From Enterobacter phage Ec_L1: a DNA stretch of 51,894 nt. Location: sequence record NC_042122.1; one strand, written 5' to 3'. The notes under the pieces are model-generated. The model was not told where the DNA came from, did not search any database, and saw nothing but the letters and a program-made list of their open reading frames with translations. How positions within the stretch are numbered: the first letter of the stretch is position 1; every line of letters starts with the position of its first letter. A program made the position numbers and the translations under genes. Positions 16,565 through 24,015 of the stretch are shown here, piece after piece.

Positions 16565-16843
16565 ATGAAACTTAAGCGCGAAGCAATCAAACTCGGTAGC
16601 GAATACAACGGCAAGTGGAACTTTGTCATCATGGATAACGACGCCGAGAAGATCGAAGTTGTTGAAGAGGCGCTTTGTGCAATGGATACTGGCTTCTCCC
16701 TCGGTGGCGAAGAGAAAACCTGGGGCGACTACTGCGACCAATGCCCTTGCTATGAAGATGGTTATGGCTCCGGCTTCTGGATTGAGATCGAAGATGTTCC
16801 AGCATTCAAAGAAGCATACAAGGCCGCGAAGAAATCCATCTGA
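16565..16843 (+). CDS. small acidic protein (possible DNA-mimic-type accessory protein)
   Basis: 92 aa, about 24% Asp/Glu. First gene rightward of the control region. Its stop TGA abuts the next promoter cassette. Confidence 0.5.
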   Translation: MKLKREAIKLGSEYNGKWNFVIMDNDAEKIEVVEEALCAMDTGFSLGGEEKTWGDYCDQCPCYEDGYGSGFWIEIEDVPAFKEAYKAAKKSI

Positions 16844-16886
16844 TAGCACGAATTGCTAAACATGAGCCGGAGCAATCCGGCATAAT
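16842..16886 (+). promoter_or_regulatory. early promoter cassette P5
   Basis: Element, hairpin GCCGGA-GCAA-TCCGGC, then CATAAT. Confidence 0.6.
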
Positions 16887-16916
16887 GCACCCATACCAAC
16901 CAGTGAGGAAAGAGAA

Positions 16917-17246
16917 ATGGCATACCAGGACAAAAGAATCGAGATCGTAGAGAAGGCTGAGGAAATTCACAATCAGGTGCGACTTGCCAGAAAGATGGGT
17001 GTCAGCAACAAGGATATTATCCTTGGCATCGTTGAACAGCACAGCCCTATCAACGTTCGATACGTCGCTTTCATGGTTGAGACTGGACTGTTCGCCTTGC
17101 ACGGATATGGTCATCAATTCTTTAACTACATCAGCGATAAAAAGATGGCATACCAGGCCGCTAACCCTGTCGGGGTGAGCCGATCCGGTTTCATCGTTGA
17201 CCACGAGGATTTCACGCGATTCATCCTGGATAGCACGAATTGCTAA
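16917..17246 (+). CDS. hypothetical protein
   Basis: 109 aa; its 3' end runs through the next promoter element, with the stop TAA being the CTAAAAC of the motif. Confidence 0.5.
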   Translation: MAYQDKRIEIVEKAEEIHNQVRLARKMGVSNKDIILGIVEQHSPINVRYVAFMVETGLFALHGYGHQFFNYISDKKMAYQAANPVGVSRSGFIVDHEDFTRFILDSTNC

Positions 17247-17273
17247 AACTCCTGATCGGGGCTATGCCATAAT
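17229..17273 (+). promoter_or_regulatory. early promoter cassette P6
   Basis: Element, 18 nt, then TGcCATAAT inside hairpin GGGGCT/AGCCCC. Confidence 0.6.
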
Positions 17274-17304
17274 AGCCCCACTGAAACGAAACGAGGATTA
17301 AATC

Positions 17305-17499
17305 ATGATTCAGATCAACCAGACAACAAGCACCCTGGAGGCTATCTCCGCACTCCGCAAACTGGCTGACATGCTGGAAAGCAAGAGCGCATTTCTCTTA
17401 AGCGGAGAGGTCAACGACAGGCGCAACTATTGCGAAGGTCGCACAATCAGCATCGACATCTCAGTATTCACCGATTCAGATGAGGAGATTTGCATATGA
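17305..17499 (+). CDS. hypothetical protein
   Basis: 64-aa ORF. Confidence 0.45.
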   Translation: MIQINQTTSTLEAISALRKLADMLESKSAFLLSGEVNDRRNYCEGRTISIDISVFTDSDEEICI

Positions 17500-17687
17500 T
17501 TAGCGCTGAGGCCTGGGTGTTCCGAGCGGGGTTCTATGCAAAAATCGGATTTGATTTCTACATCTGGCACCCAATCAAGAAGATTTGGATCAGAATCTAC
17601 TGGCTTTGTGGCAACACTTACGAAAGGGCGCGTTGCAATCGCAAGTTAATGAAGGTCAAGATCCTGCTAGAAAAGATCCGACTATAG
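17496..17687 (+). CDS. hypothetical protein
   Basis: ATGA overlap with the upstream gene; the stop TAG is the TAG of the next promoter motif. Confidence 0.4.
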   Translation: MISAEAWVFRAGFYAKIGFDFYIWHPIKKIWIRIYWLCGNTYERARCNRKLMKVKILLEKIRL

Positions 17688-17727
17688 CACTTTTTGCTAA
17701 ACGCCGCCCGACGCAATCGGGCATAAT
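17683..17727 (+). promoter_or_regulatory. early promoter cassette P7 (TTTTT-centre variant)
   Basis: Element, hairpin GCCCGA-cgcaa-TCGGGC, then CATAAT. Confidence 0.6.
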
Positions 17728-17757
17728 GCAGTTACACCAAACAAACGGAGCAATACC

Positions 17758-18051
17758 ATGAAAAAGAAAACCAACCTCGTTCGCGTTCGTCTACTCACTG
17801 ACGGATATTTCCGTGACAGCGACAATCTGAAAGTATGGCTCAAGCCTCGCACCTTCCCTGTTATCGTCAACGCTGAGATTGTGAAGTCTGAAAGCGGGTT
17901 GCCAGTTTTCGCAAAAGTGCCAATGTCCGAATGCGTTGCTATCGGCATGAATCCGGCAATCTTTGGTAACGGCCTGGAAGGGTGCGGATTGTCCTGGGCG
18001 CTGCATGAGGTTGATGACCTGTGCGGCAACCCTGAAGCTGAGATCCTGTAA
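17758..18051 (+). CDS. hypothetical protein
   Basis: 97 aa; RBS ggagcaatacc. Confidence 0.5.
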   Translation: MKKKTNLVRVRLLTDGYFRDSDNLKVWLKPRTFPVIVNAEIVKSESGLPVFAKVPMSECVAIGMNPAIFGNGLEGCGLSWALHEVDDLCGNPEAEIL

Positions 18052-18278
18052 TGGCACGCCGTCAAGTAACCTGCACGTGTGGAGCGTATAGTTTCCCGCA
18101 TCGGTTCGGTGGCGGCAAGTGTGACGGCCTGGTCATCGTGATAGCGGCGGCGGGGTCATCCCACTGCCACTATTGCCATTTGAATAATAACGGCTGTGAA
18201 GTGATTAAGGGTCAGGAGCATCCGCGAGAGTGTCCGGCTGTTGTTGACTTCTGCGAATATAACGAGGTGAAACTATGA
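18051..18278 (+). CDS. Cys-rich small protein (putative Zn-binding)
   Basis: 11 Cys in 75 aa. Confidence 0.45.
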   Translation: MARRQVTCTCGAYSFPHRFGGGKCDGLVIVIAAAGSSHCHYCHLNNNGCEVIKGQEHPRECPAVVDFCEYNEVKL

Positions 18279-18475
18279 AAACCTTCGAAACCAAAGAGTA
18301 CCATGACGAGGACGGCGACGGCTTAACTGTTGACTGCCACGACACGCACGTCGAGATCATGACCTGGAGCACTACGGGGTGCGGTGTATTCTCCGATCCG
18401 AAAGTGTTGCGTGAAATTGCCGCTCAACTGGTACGCGGCGCGGAAGAACTGGAGCGAATCAATGAAAAAGGTTGA
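18275..18475 (+). CDS. hypothetical acidic protein
   Basis: 66 aa, ATGA overlap. Confidence 0.4.
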   Translation: MKTFETKEYHDEDGDGLTVDCHDTHVEIMTWSTTGCGVFSDPKVLREIAAQLVRGAEELERINEKG

Positions 18476-18728
18476 CAAGGGATTATCCTTATTTGCTGCC
18501 TTGGCTATCGTGGCTGCTGTAATCGGCGGGGCTACAGTGTCCGAGGGATATCGCATTCACAAGCTGGTGAACAGCGTCGATGATGAAGGAAAAGTTATCT
18601 GTGCTCTGACTGGTAACGAGCGAACGCGAAACACTACGGTTATTGTAGGAAAGCTGATTCTACCTGAAACTGTCGAGGAGCAAGAATATTATTGCGCCCC
18701 AGGTAAATTCTACTGGGTTGCGAAATAG
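18462..18728 (+). CDS. membrane-anchored small protein (N-terminal signal-anchor)
   Basis: ATG at 18462. N-terminal hydrophobic segment LSLFAALAIVAAVIGGATV. Confidence 0.45.
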   Translation: MKKVDKGLSLFAALAIVAAVIGGATVSEGYRIHKLVNSVDDEGKVICALTGNERTRNTTVIVGKLILPETVEEQEYYCAPGKFYWVAK

Positions 18729-18768
18729 CACGAATTGCTAAACCTTCCGCAAGGCCATTTGCTAAAGT
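18724..18768 (+). promoter_or_regulatory. early promoter cassette P8
   Basis: Element, 19 nt, then TGcTAAAGT inside hairpin GGCCA/TGGCC. Confidence 0.55.
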
Positions 18769-18809
18769 GGCCTTATTGAAGCAACAGCAACCAATCAGAG
18801 GAAATTAGC

Positions 18810-19124
18810 ATGCAAGTATTCGTTAAGCTCGTCGATACGTATTACATGGCCGCGCAAGGTATGGATGGTGTAATCGTCAAAGGTGAAACCTTAAGCTCGC
18901 ATCCGGATTACGCGGCAAAGCCTGGAGATTCAGTTTTCGTGGACATCCGTGACATGCGACCGTTCATGCGTCCTGAACATCATCATCTGTGTGACGAATG
19001 GCTTGATAAGCCCATGCGTTACCTTTACACCATCCCAGGGGTGTACGACACAAGAGCGACGTGTGATGTTGTAGATAACCCGTTCGCGCACTGGAACACA
19101 CTCAAGAGCGGCGAACTCCACTAA
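18810..19124 (+). CDS. hypothetical protein
   Basis: 104-aa ORF. Confidence 0.5.
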   Translation: MQVFVKLVDTYYMAAQGMDGVIVKGETLSSHPDYAAKPGDSVFVDIRDMRPFMRPEHHHLCDEWLDKPMRYLYTIPGVYDTRATCDVVDNPFAHWNTLKSGELH

Positions 19125-19182
19125 GACGATAAACCACCAGGGGAGAATTTACTCCCCTCACAAAGCGATAGAGGGCGTTTAA

Positions 19183-19500
19183 ATGGCATCAAAAATCAAC
19201 GTAAATCCTAAGCACCACGATTTGAAGATTGCTCCCGAGCATTTCCGCAACGTGTGCCTGGGGCTGAAAACGGCGGAGTACCGTCGCAATGACCGCAACT
19301 TTGAGCAGTTTGATATTATCCGATTGCGCGAGTATGACAACGGGCATACGGGTAATGAGGTTTCCGCTGTGATCTCTCACGTCCTGGATCTGGATGAGTT
19401 TCACAAGCTAAGCGGTGATGAGTTCCAGATCGGCTATGTGGTTCTGTCAATCCAGTTAATCAACGGGAGCCGGAAATGCGCCACTACAGAATTGCAGTAA
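19183..19500 (+). CDS. ASCH-like / DUF3850-like protein
   Basis: HDLKIAPEHF...LKTAEYRRNDRNFEQFDIIRLREY matches the ASCH/DUF3850 fold pattern from memory; weak. Confidence 0.4.
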   Translation: MASKINVNPKHHDLKIAPEHFRNVCLGLKTAEYRRNDRNFEQFDIIRLREYDNGHTGNEVSAVISHVLDLDEFHKLSGDEFQIGYVVLSIQLINGSRKCATTELQ

Positions 19501-19691
19501 TCGAAACCACAACGGCGTTTGGCGATCCGGTAAAGCGATACGCCATTCAGTTGCGCGTTGCGTTCTTCTGGTGGGTGACGGTAGAGATTTGCGGCTCACT
19601 ATTCCAGGCTCGCTACTGGCTGAACGAGAGCAAGGCTCCCATTCGAAAAGAGCGAATCATCAAGGTCATTGAGAATAGCACGAAAAGCTAA
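19476..19691 (+). CDS. hypothetical protein
   Basis: Overlaps the upstream gene; ORF runs into the next promoter motif. Confidence 0.35.
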   Translation: MRHYRIAVIETTTAFGDPVKRYAIQLRVAFFWWVTVEICGSLFQARYWLNESKAPIRKERIIKVIENSTKS

Positions 19692-19718
19692 AACATCCAG
19701 GCGTGGTATTGCTATAGT
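19674..19718 (+). promoter_or_regulatory. early promoter cassette P9 (CGAAAAGCTA variant)
   Basis: Element, 18 nt, TGcTATAGT, followed by the palindrome GTGAGATCAC. Confidence 0.55.
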
Positions 19719-19747
19719 GAGATCACACCAAACGAGAGGATTCGAAC

Positions 19748-19978
19748 ATGATCGTAAAGAATAAGTTAGGCGACTACCACGTCAGCGACAAAACCGTAGA
19801 GCATGGTTTTGGCTGGGGCGGCGGTATCTACTTTCGCACCAAATCAGGAAAGTGGAAGTTTAACGGCATTGGTCAGCCAGTAGCCAACGCTCAAGAGGTC
19901 GACAAGAACGACATCAACCAGGAAACTAAACTCCCATGGGGCTTAGATCCAGAAACTTACCAGAAGGTGGAATCATGA
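19748..19978 (+). CDS. hypothetical protein
   Basis: 76 aa; RBS gagaggattcgaac. Confidence 0.45.
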   Translation: MIVKNKLGDYHVSDKTVEHGFGWGGGIYFRTKSGKWKFNGIGQPVANAQEVDKNDINQETKLPWGLDPETYQKVES

Positions 19979-20292
19979 AACTGTTATGTGTCAACTCACC
20001 AGTGAAAGGCCTCATCAAAGAGGGTAAGGCTTACGACATCGCTAACGAAAGCAGCGCGGCGACAACCAAAGTCATCTTTGACGAATTCGGCGTCCCGCTC
20101 TACCTGAATCCGGTCCCTGGCTCTGCTGGCCTGTATCAATCACGACTCGGTAACGGCGTGTTCCTGTTCCGCATGGTTGACAGCAGCTTCGAAAAGCACC
20201 AGAAGAAGCTACGCAACGAGCGCCGGATTGAGCTTGCGATCCTGTTCGCTGGCGCAATCCTGGTAACGGCTTACATGTTAATGCAGGGGTAA
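19974..20292 (+). CDS. hypothetical protein with C-terminal TM helix
   Basis: ATGA overlap; C-terminal IELAILFAGAILVTAYMLM. Confidence 0.45.
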
Positions 20293-20295
20293 ACG

Positions 20296-20586
20296 GTGGA
20301 CGGCGAAAACATGCGCTTTTACCCTTCCACGGCTGGAGGGGTTAAAACTCACTACATGCACGACTTGCCGCCAGGCATGACGATGAAACGTATTCGCGAG
20401 GTTGGCAAGGAGTACGCAAAGAACGCGGGGCTACAGTTCAAAGCCAAGAAGATCAGAGGCCGCAACCTCCTGGTCATTCGGATGAGCTTCGTCCCCTGGT
20501 TGATGGATGACTTCTCTTTTGCAGATGGGGTTAAGGGTTGTCAGTGTGACGCGTGCGAGCGCTGGTATAAAGAATCCGGCAAATAG
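20296..20586 (+). CDS. hypothetical protein
   Basis: Start is ambiguous (GTG at 20296 or ATG at 20311). C-terminal CQCDAC. Confidence 0.4.
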   Translation: MDGENMRFYPSTAGGVKTHYMHDLPPGMTMKRIREVGKEYAKNAGLQFKAKKIRGRNLLVIRMSFVPWLMDDFSFADGVKGCQCDACERWYKESGK

Positions 20587-20626
20587 CACGAATTGCTAAA
20601 ACGGGATGCTCGCTGACTGGTATATT
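20582..20626 (+). promoter_or_regulatory. early promoter cassette P10
   Basis: Element, 18 nt, then TGgTATATT inside hairpin GGGATG/CATCCC. Confidence 0.6.
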
Positions 20627-20658
20627 GTGTTCATCCCAACACGAAAGAGAAATTCAAA

Positions 20659-20907
20659 ATGATGAGACATGCTGAAGTATTACATATGGTGACTAAATCT
20701 ATCGCTGACGACAGCCAGGTCATTATTAACTTCAACCAAACCATGTCAAAGGGTATCGCGTGTATAACCATCGAAAGCGATATCGTGGCTGGACTTACAG
20801 CAAAGATAATCGCAACAGGAACCCACTGGGACGGCGAGCCAATTACGCCGGAAAAGGCATGTGAGTATATTTACATGCATTCATCAGCCATTACGGAGAT
20901 TATTTAA
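20659..20907 (+). CDS. hypothetical protein
   Basis: 82-aa ORF. Confidence 0.45.
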   Translation: MMRHAEVLHMVTKSIADDSQVIINFNQTMSKGIACITIESDIVAGLTAKIIATGTHWDGEPITPEKACEYIYMHSSAITEII

Positions 20908-20908
20908 C

Positions 20909-21421
20909 ATGAAAGAAAAATACATGCGCGCAACATCCGTTTCATTCGTCGCACCATACACGATGAACGGATTCACGGCTGGCAAGCGCTACTTCTCTAA
21001 CGAGGGCGCGTATATCTGGCAGCGAGAAAACGGAGACGTTTACGGAATTAGCCGGACTGGTGTTACTGACGATGACGGTCAAGATCGCGTTGTCTGCCTG
21101 GTTGAGACAAGCATTTTCAACGGTGAAACGCTCGTTGCTCGAATCGAACACGAGTATGACGAAAACGCCGTAATCCGTAAGCGCAACCGCTATCGCCACA
21201 TGGTCATTAACGCCTTTGCTATGTATGCCCGTCGCTGGTGGAACATGAGCAAGAAACAGGCTCGTGCCTGGGGTCGCATGCATGCGGAGCCGTTCTTCTA
21301 CAATGATGGTTCTCTCGTTGAGGACACGATCGTAAGCGACTATGTCGACTCGGCTAAGTTGTGGGAAGTGGATCAAGAGCTTTTCAACGATGCTGTTTAC
21401 GAAGAAATGTCATGCTGGTAA
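20909..21421 (+). CDS. hypothetical protein
   Basis: ATG at 20909 overlaps the upstream stop (taacATG). 170 aa. Confidence 0.5.
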   Translation: MKEKYMRATSVSFVAPYTMNGFTAGKRYFSNEGAYIWQRENGDVYGISRTGVTDDDGQDRVVCLVETSIFNGETLVARIEHEYDENAVIRKRNRYRHMVINAFAMYARRWWNMSKKQARAWGRMHAEPFFYNDGSLVEDTIVSDYVDSAKLWEVDQELFNDAVYEEMSCW

Positions 21422-21465
21422 ATAGCACGAATTGCTAATCTTGCGCGAGGTCATTTTGCTATAGT
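21421..21465 (+). promoter_or_regulatory. early promoter cassette P11
   Basis: Element, 19 nt, then TGcTATAGT inside hairpin GGTCA/TGACC. Near-duplicate of the P8 cassette and leader. Confidence 0.55.
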
Positions 21466-21505
21466 GACCTCATTAAAGCAAAGCAACCAATCAGAGGAAA
21501 CACCC

Positions 21506-22234
21506 ATGAAATTATCACTCAAAGCACTCGCAACCAACCGAATCAACGGATCTGTAACGGCGTTCAAAACCTACCCAGTCTTAAATGACGTGCTGGCAAA
21601 CCTGACGGATTCGGGGTATTGGTTCATCAACGATAACGGTGAAAAGCAGTTCGCATATAAGTTTGCAGTTAAAGACGGATTCAGCGATCCGAAAAAACAA
21701 TACAGCTTTGAGCTTGCGCTACAGGTTGACACCTTGCAAGAAACGATCAACTCAGATGTAAAGGCAGCAATCACAAATGCATGTCGTTCCGGTGGTCACA
21801 TTTACGATAAATTCCGTAGCGGGATGTACTCACTTGGCGGTCACTTTGGAGGACTGGCGACAACCCACAAGTCAATCGTTGGGTCTGAAAAAGATTCATT
21901 CAATGTCTGTGACGCGGATGGAAACGTGAGAGTTCAGATCGGTAAGATTAAACCCGCTCAGAGCGTTAAAGAGGATGAGCGTGACGCGGCGGTTGTCGAA
22001 CTCGACAAGCACCTCCCAGCATACCGCCGATCTGATAAAGGTTTCAACCTGGTAGATAGCATCGCGTGGCTCGGAAAACTGAACACGGCTCACGCGTCGG
22101 ATTGCCAGAAATATGAGGGAATTCTTGAGGATTTGATGGAGGCGTTCGATATTCGAACCATTGACGGACTCAAGCATTTCGCCTCTAACCTGAAACGCTC
22201 CGCAGACATCATCGATACAGTTCGCAAGAAATAG
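21506..22234 (+). CDS. hypothetical protein
   Basis: ATG at 21506 with RBS cagaggaaacaccc. The listed upstream extension would overlap the promoter. Confidence 0.5.
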   Translation: MKLSLKALATNRINGSVTAFKTYPVLNDVLANLTDSGYWFINDNGEKQFAYKFAVKDGFSDPKKQYSFELALQVDTLQETINSDVKAAITNACRSGGHIYDKFRSGMYSLGGHFGGLATTHKSIVGSEKDSFNVCDADGNVRVQIGKIKPAQSVKEDERDAAVVELDKHLPAYRRSDKGFNLVDSIAWLGKLNTAHASDCQKYEGILEDLMEAFDIRTIDGLKHFASNLKRSADIIDTVRKK

Positions 22235-22274
22235 CACGAAAAGCTAAAACAATGCCGGAGCAATCCGGCATAAT
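22230..22274 (+). promoter_or_regulatory. early promoter cassette P12
   Basis: Element, hairpin GCCGGA-GCAA-TCCGGC, then CATAAT. Same hairpin as P5. Confidence 0.6.
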
Positions 22275-22304
22275 GAACTCATCGAAACAAACGGAGCTAT
22301 AGAG

Positions 22305-22538
22305 ATGAGCAAGGCACAATATAAACTGATTCAGATCGTGAACGTAGAATCTCGCTTTGATGATTATAGTCTCACGCTTCACGAGTGCGGGATTGAGGTT
22401 AACGAAAGATTTTACGCTGACGTTTACGGCGGTGGCACTGCCTGGATTCGCGCAAAGCGTGACAATGCTGACAAAAGCATTCTTGCAGGCGACAACCTTT
22501 CAGTTGACTTTGGCGATTATATCGAGGTGGCAGAGTGA
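22305..22538 (+). CDS. hypothetical protein
   Basis: 77 aa; RBS ggagctatagag. Confidence 0.45.
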   Translation: MSKAQYKLIQIVNVESRFDDYSLTLHECGIEVNERFYADVYGGGTAWIRAKRDNADKSILAGDNLSVDFGDYIEVAE

Positions 22539-22816
22539 AAATCATCTGGGTTCACACGTACGAAACAGGAACGGCAACCAATCGGAAAACGGTTGATAGC
22601 GTGCATCACGTATACAACGAGGCGCTTGAGCAGCAAACGCTACTCGGCGGCACGGTTGAGGAGTTCAACCAAATGCCAACGATTGCATGGTTCCGCGAGC
22701 AGTACCTACAGCAGCCAAAGCCGGAGCCGGAGCTTGTGCAAACTTTTGGTCGCGGGTTGCGCGGCAACAGTGCCAAATGTATCATGGTCGACTTTAACGA
22801 CGGAGAGAATGAATGA
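22535..22816 (+). CDS. hypothetical protein (GTG start)
   Basis: 93 aa; GTGA overlap. Confidence 0.4.
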   Translation: MKIIWVHTYETGTATNRKTVDSVHHVYNEALEQQTLLGGTVEEFNQMPTIAWFREQYLQQPKPEPELVQTFGRGLRGNSAKCIMVDFNDGENE

Positions 22817-23184
22817 AACTGACTATCAATATGCCAGCAAGTGCGATCTATATGGCTCACACCGCGCCAAGCGTTGAAGGTTCCGCGTGTGTCCTGGTTC
22901 ACTTTGACCGCTATGGAGTTCCTCGCTCTTTGATGTCAGGGACATTTGGCGAATCTACTTTCTTAGACATCCCTGATGATGTCTGGATTGGCAGCGATTT
23001 CCATTGTCACATGGTTGCCAGCTATGAGCCAGATCACAAGAGGATTTCTCGCCGAACCATTAAACGCATCATCAAGCACTGGCAGCGAAACGCTGACATC
23101 TGCAATAATGCGGAATTCGCTGGAAATCTCTCGGTTGTATTGTCCTGGTACGGCGGTTTCGTACCAAGCCCACAAAACAAATAA
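22813..23184 (+). CDS. hypothetical protein
   Basis: 123 aa; ATGA overlap. Confidence 0.45.
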   Translation: MKLTINMPASAIYMAHTAPSVEGSACVLVHFDRYGVPRSLMSGTFGESTFLDIPDDVWIGSDFHCHMVASYEPDHKRISRRTIKRIIKHWQRNADICNNAEFAGNLSVVLSWYGGFVPSPQNK

Positions 23185-23250
23185 TTTTCACCATAGTTTA
23201 AAGCGCCTCAATCGCATTGTGAGAGGCGTAAATTTAAGAGGTATGTTTTT

Positions 23251-23481
23251 ATGTTTGGACTGTCAGAAGCACACTGGAACATTGTCAAGCGATCCGCTCG
23301 CGGCCTTAACGACGCGGTCAGTGAGCTACCAAAAGCAGACCGAAAGAAAGAGGCCATTGTGATTGAGGTTATCACCAAACATCACAAGCCAGTTGAAACT
23401 TTAATTGACCGATACAAATTCGTCTGGACTGCTGGTTATTTGGCTGGGCGAGTCGGCAGCAAGGAGAACGATTATGAGTAA
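23251..23481 (+). CDS. hypothetical protein
   Basis: 76-aa ORF. Confidence 0.45.
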   Translation: MFGLSEAHWNIVKRSARGLNDAVSELPKADRKKEAIVIEVITKHHKPVETLIDRYKFVWTAGYLAGRVGSKENDYE

Positions 23482-23671
23482 GATCAAGAAGGGTGACATC
23501 ATCAAGTGTGTAACATCTTTGATGGATGGTTGCTTTATGGCTGGGTGTGAGTATCCGGTCGAGAAGGTTGACTCAGACGGTTTCGCTTTTGTGTACAACG
23601 ATAACGGCGAGCAATGCGCGATCGACTACCCTCACGATCCTGATTACGGAAAGTTTGAAAAAGTAGATTGA
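23474..23671 (+). CDS. hypothetical protein
   Basis: ATG at 23474 with RBS aaggagaacgatt; 65 aa. Confidence 0.4.
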   Translation: MSKIKKGDIIKCVTSLMDGCFMAGCEYPVEKVDSDGFAFVYNDNGEQCAIDYPHDPDYGKFEKVD

Positions 23672-23696
23672 CGGCATCATCCCTGACTGGTACATT
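23668..23696 (+). promoter_or_regulatory. sigma70-type promoter TTGACG-17-TGgTACATT
   Basis: -35, 17-nt spacer and an extended -10. Lies in a 158-bp non-coding region. Confidence 0.45.
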
Positions 23697-23829
23697 AACA
23701 ACCGTAGACAGAAGAGGCGCTTACATGCGCAACTTGCCGAGAAAGGCGACATAAAATAAATCGGGCATCCGTGAATGCGTAGACGCCGGGGGGAGTCGTA
23801 ACCCCCAACCATTCAGAGGAGATTGACGA

Positions 23830-24015
23830 ATGCTTTACGACGTCAAAATCACAATCCGCAAGCTAGGCCGAGCGTGCGCCACTTGCAAGCAAGATCTCGT
23901 TGGTCAGTTTGAAGCTGACTCAGCAGAAGGAGCGGTCAAGGCCGCAAAAGATAGCGTGAGCGTCGATTGGGATACTCACCAGGCGTTAATTAACTATGTA
24001 AGGAAATCATCATGA
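23830..24015 (+). CDS. hypothetical protein
   Basis: 61 aa; RBS cagaggagattgacga. Confidence 0.4.
   Translation: MLYDVKITIRKLGRACATCKQDLVGQFEADSAEGAVKAAKDSVSVDWDTHQALINYVRKSS

Noticed and set aside
23672-23829. Possible tRNA in the 158-bp non-coding stretch
   Set aside because: No T-loop (TTCRANY) or D-loop consensus, no acceptor stem/CCA geometry. Only generic hairpins.
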